Below, piece after piece: positions 18,929 to 20,000 of a DNA stretch of 20,000 bases (its first letter is position 1; every line of letters starts with the position of its first letter). Below the pieces are notes generated by a model. It had not been told where the DNA came from, ran no database searches, and saw nothing but the letters and a program-made list of their open reading frames with translations. The position numbers and the translations under genes are program-made. This DNA comes from Asterionella formosa (taxonomy: Eukaryota). Where the stretch lies: NCBI GenBank assembly GCA_002256025.1, contig NKIB01012640.1:53776-73775 (forward strand), in the 5' to 3' direction.

Positions 18929-19404
18929 CTACAGTTCTTCCCCATGAGCAGTTCTACGTTTCGTCAACAAGTCCTGTGTTTGTTTTAGCCTCTCCATGAC
19001 ATCTTTGACTTTCAGGTCGCTGAGCCTCTCATTCGTATCCTTTAGCGAGCCCAATGTAAGCGATGCCTTGTCTTTGAAATTCATTAGGATATCCAATTGA
19101 TGTCTAGTAAGTCCCAGTTTCTCGTCATTCCTCTCTGCAATTTTCGCCAAGTGTTCGTGGCCTATCCCAGTTTCTCGTATTTCGTCTATGATATGCTATT
19201 GAGATTGCAGAGGTCAAAAAGTGAGTTGGGCCTTGAAGTTACCGAAGTCGTTGTTTGTCATTCTTTGTTGGTGTGACACTGTTTATTTGCAAACCTACTA
19301 ACCAGCTGTACGGTCTCAAATTTACCCACCTTTTGACACACGACCGCAACCGATGAAGCGCAAAGCAACAGCACGACCGACAACAGCGACGTCATGCTAG
19401 GCAT
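18929..19404 (-). CDS. Small secretory-pathway helical protein (about 122 aa) ending in an ER-retention-like GEEL; 2 exons (19303-19404, 18929-19195)
   Basis: Two ORF-track fragments join in frame through a phase-0 107-nt intron (CTG|GTTAGT...ACTCAC...AATAG|CAT, 19196-19302). Signal peptide MPSMTSLLSVVLLLCASSVAVVC; C-terminus ...RRTAHGEEL*. Alternative start at 19395. Confidence 0.72.
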
Positions 19405-19797
19405 TGTGATTGAGATGCGACGATGATAGTGAGACAGAATTGAGGAGGTATATACTGGAATATAATTCAAATGCTGCTTGTTTCAGAACAAATTCCATGT
19501 CGGACAACGATTGCTTCTAAGTAATGATAGTACTATGTTGTTTGACTTTTCTAAACTTCAAAAATTCGAAAGCAACGACGAGATTTGTGTCGGTCTTTCT
19601 GGATGATTTGATTTGTTTGCTCACCGTACAAAACGTGAGAACGCCCTGAAAAAAGAATCGACGTGTGTTGTTAGCTACCATTACGAATATGGATTTTTGA
19701 TGATGGTATTGCCTCTTGGTTTTTAATTACTGTATACGGTATGCTTGTTAGTATGTATGATGGTTTCGCCGCGTTGACGTGCACTCGTAGACCATTT

Positions 19798-19881
19798 TAC
19801 CGCGGTACCCTGGTACCTGGTACCTGATACCAATACCCTGGTACCTGGTACCGGTTACATGTGTACCTGGTACCAGGTACC
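19798..19881. repeat. GGTACC/CCWGG palindromic motif cluster
   Basis: taccgcggtaccctggtacctggtacctgataccaataccctggtacctggtaccggttacatgtgtacctggtaccaggtacc. Confidence 0.85.
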
Positions 19882-20000
19882 ACCTAAAAACTGAGAGTCA
19901 TACAAACTTTCAGTTTTGTACTGATAGTCATAACAAAACGGGGTAATCACACGGTTTGAGACGAATATTTGTAATATTATAAATCTGTATTAGACAAAGT

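Overview
Eukaryotic genomic DNA, most likely from a diatom or related stramenopile. This is inferred from a front-end desaturase that resembles diatom delta-6 desaturases, short GT-AG introns and compact genes. The window holds about nine protein-coding genes: a 5'-truncated hypothetical protein, a glycine-zipper protein with 24-aa repeats, an Hv1-type voltage-gated proton channel, a cytochrome b5-fused delta-6 fatty acid desaturase, a candidate 75-aa mitochondrial Cys-tail microprotein, a mitochondrial chalcone-isomerase-fold (Aim18/Aim46-like) protein with a cryptic in-frame intron, a secreted Cys-rich, Pro/Thr-repeat protein with a GPI-like tail, eIF2A, and a small two-exon secretory protein ending in -GEEL. 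The intergenic DNA is more unusual. It has three TA-flanked non-autonomous TIR elements (MITE-like), two nested one inside the other (about 8097-9615 containing 8486-9220) and a third at 15238-15891. It also has a CpG-depleted block with a decayed reading frame, and many clusters of TACCAGGTA/TACCTGGTA/TACCGGTA/TACTGGTA motifs that resemble the elements' own termini. All calls come from reading the sequence by eye; no searches were run.
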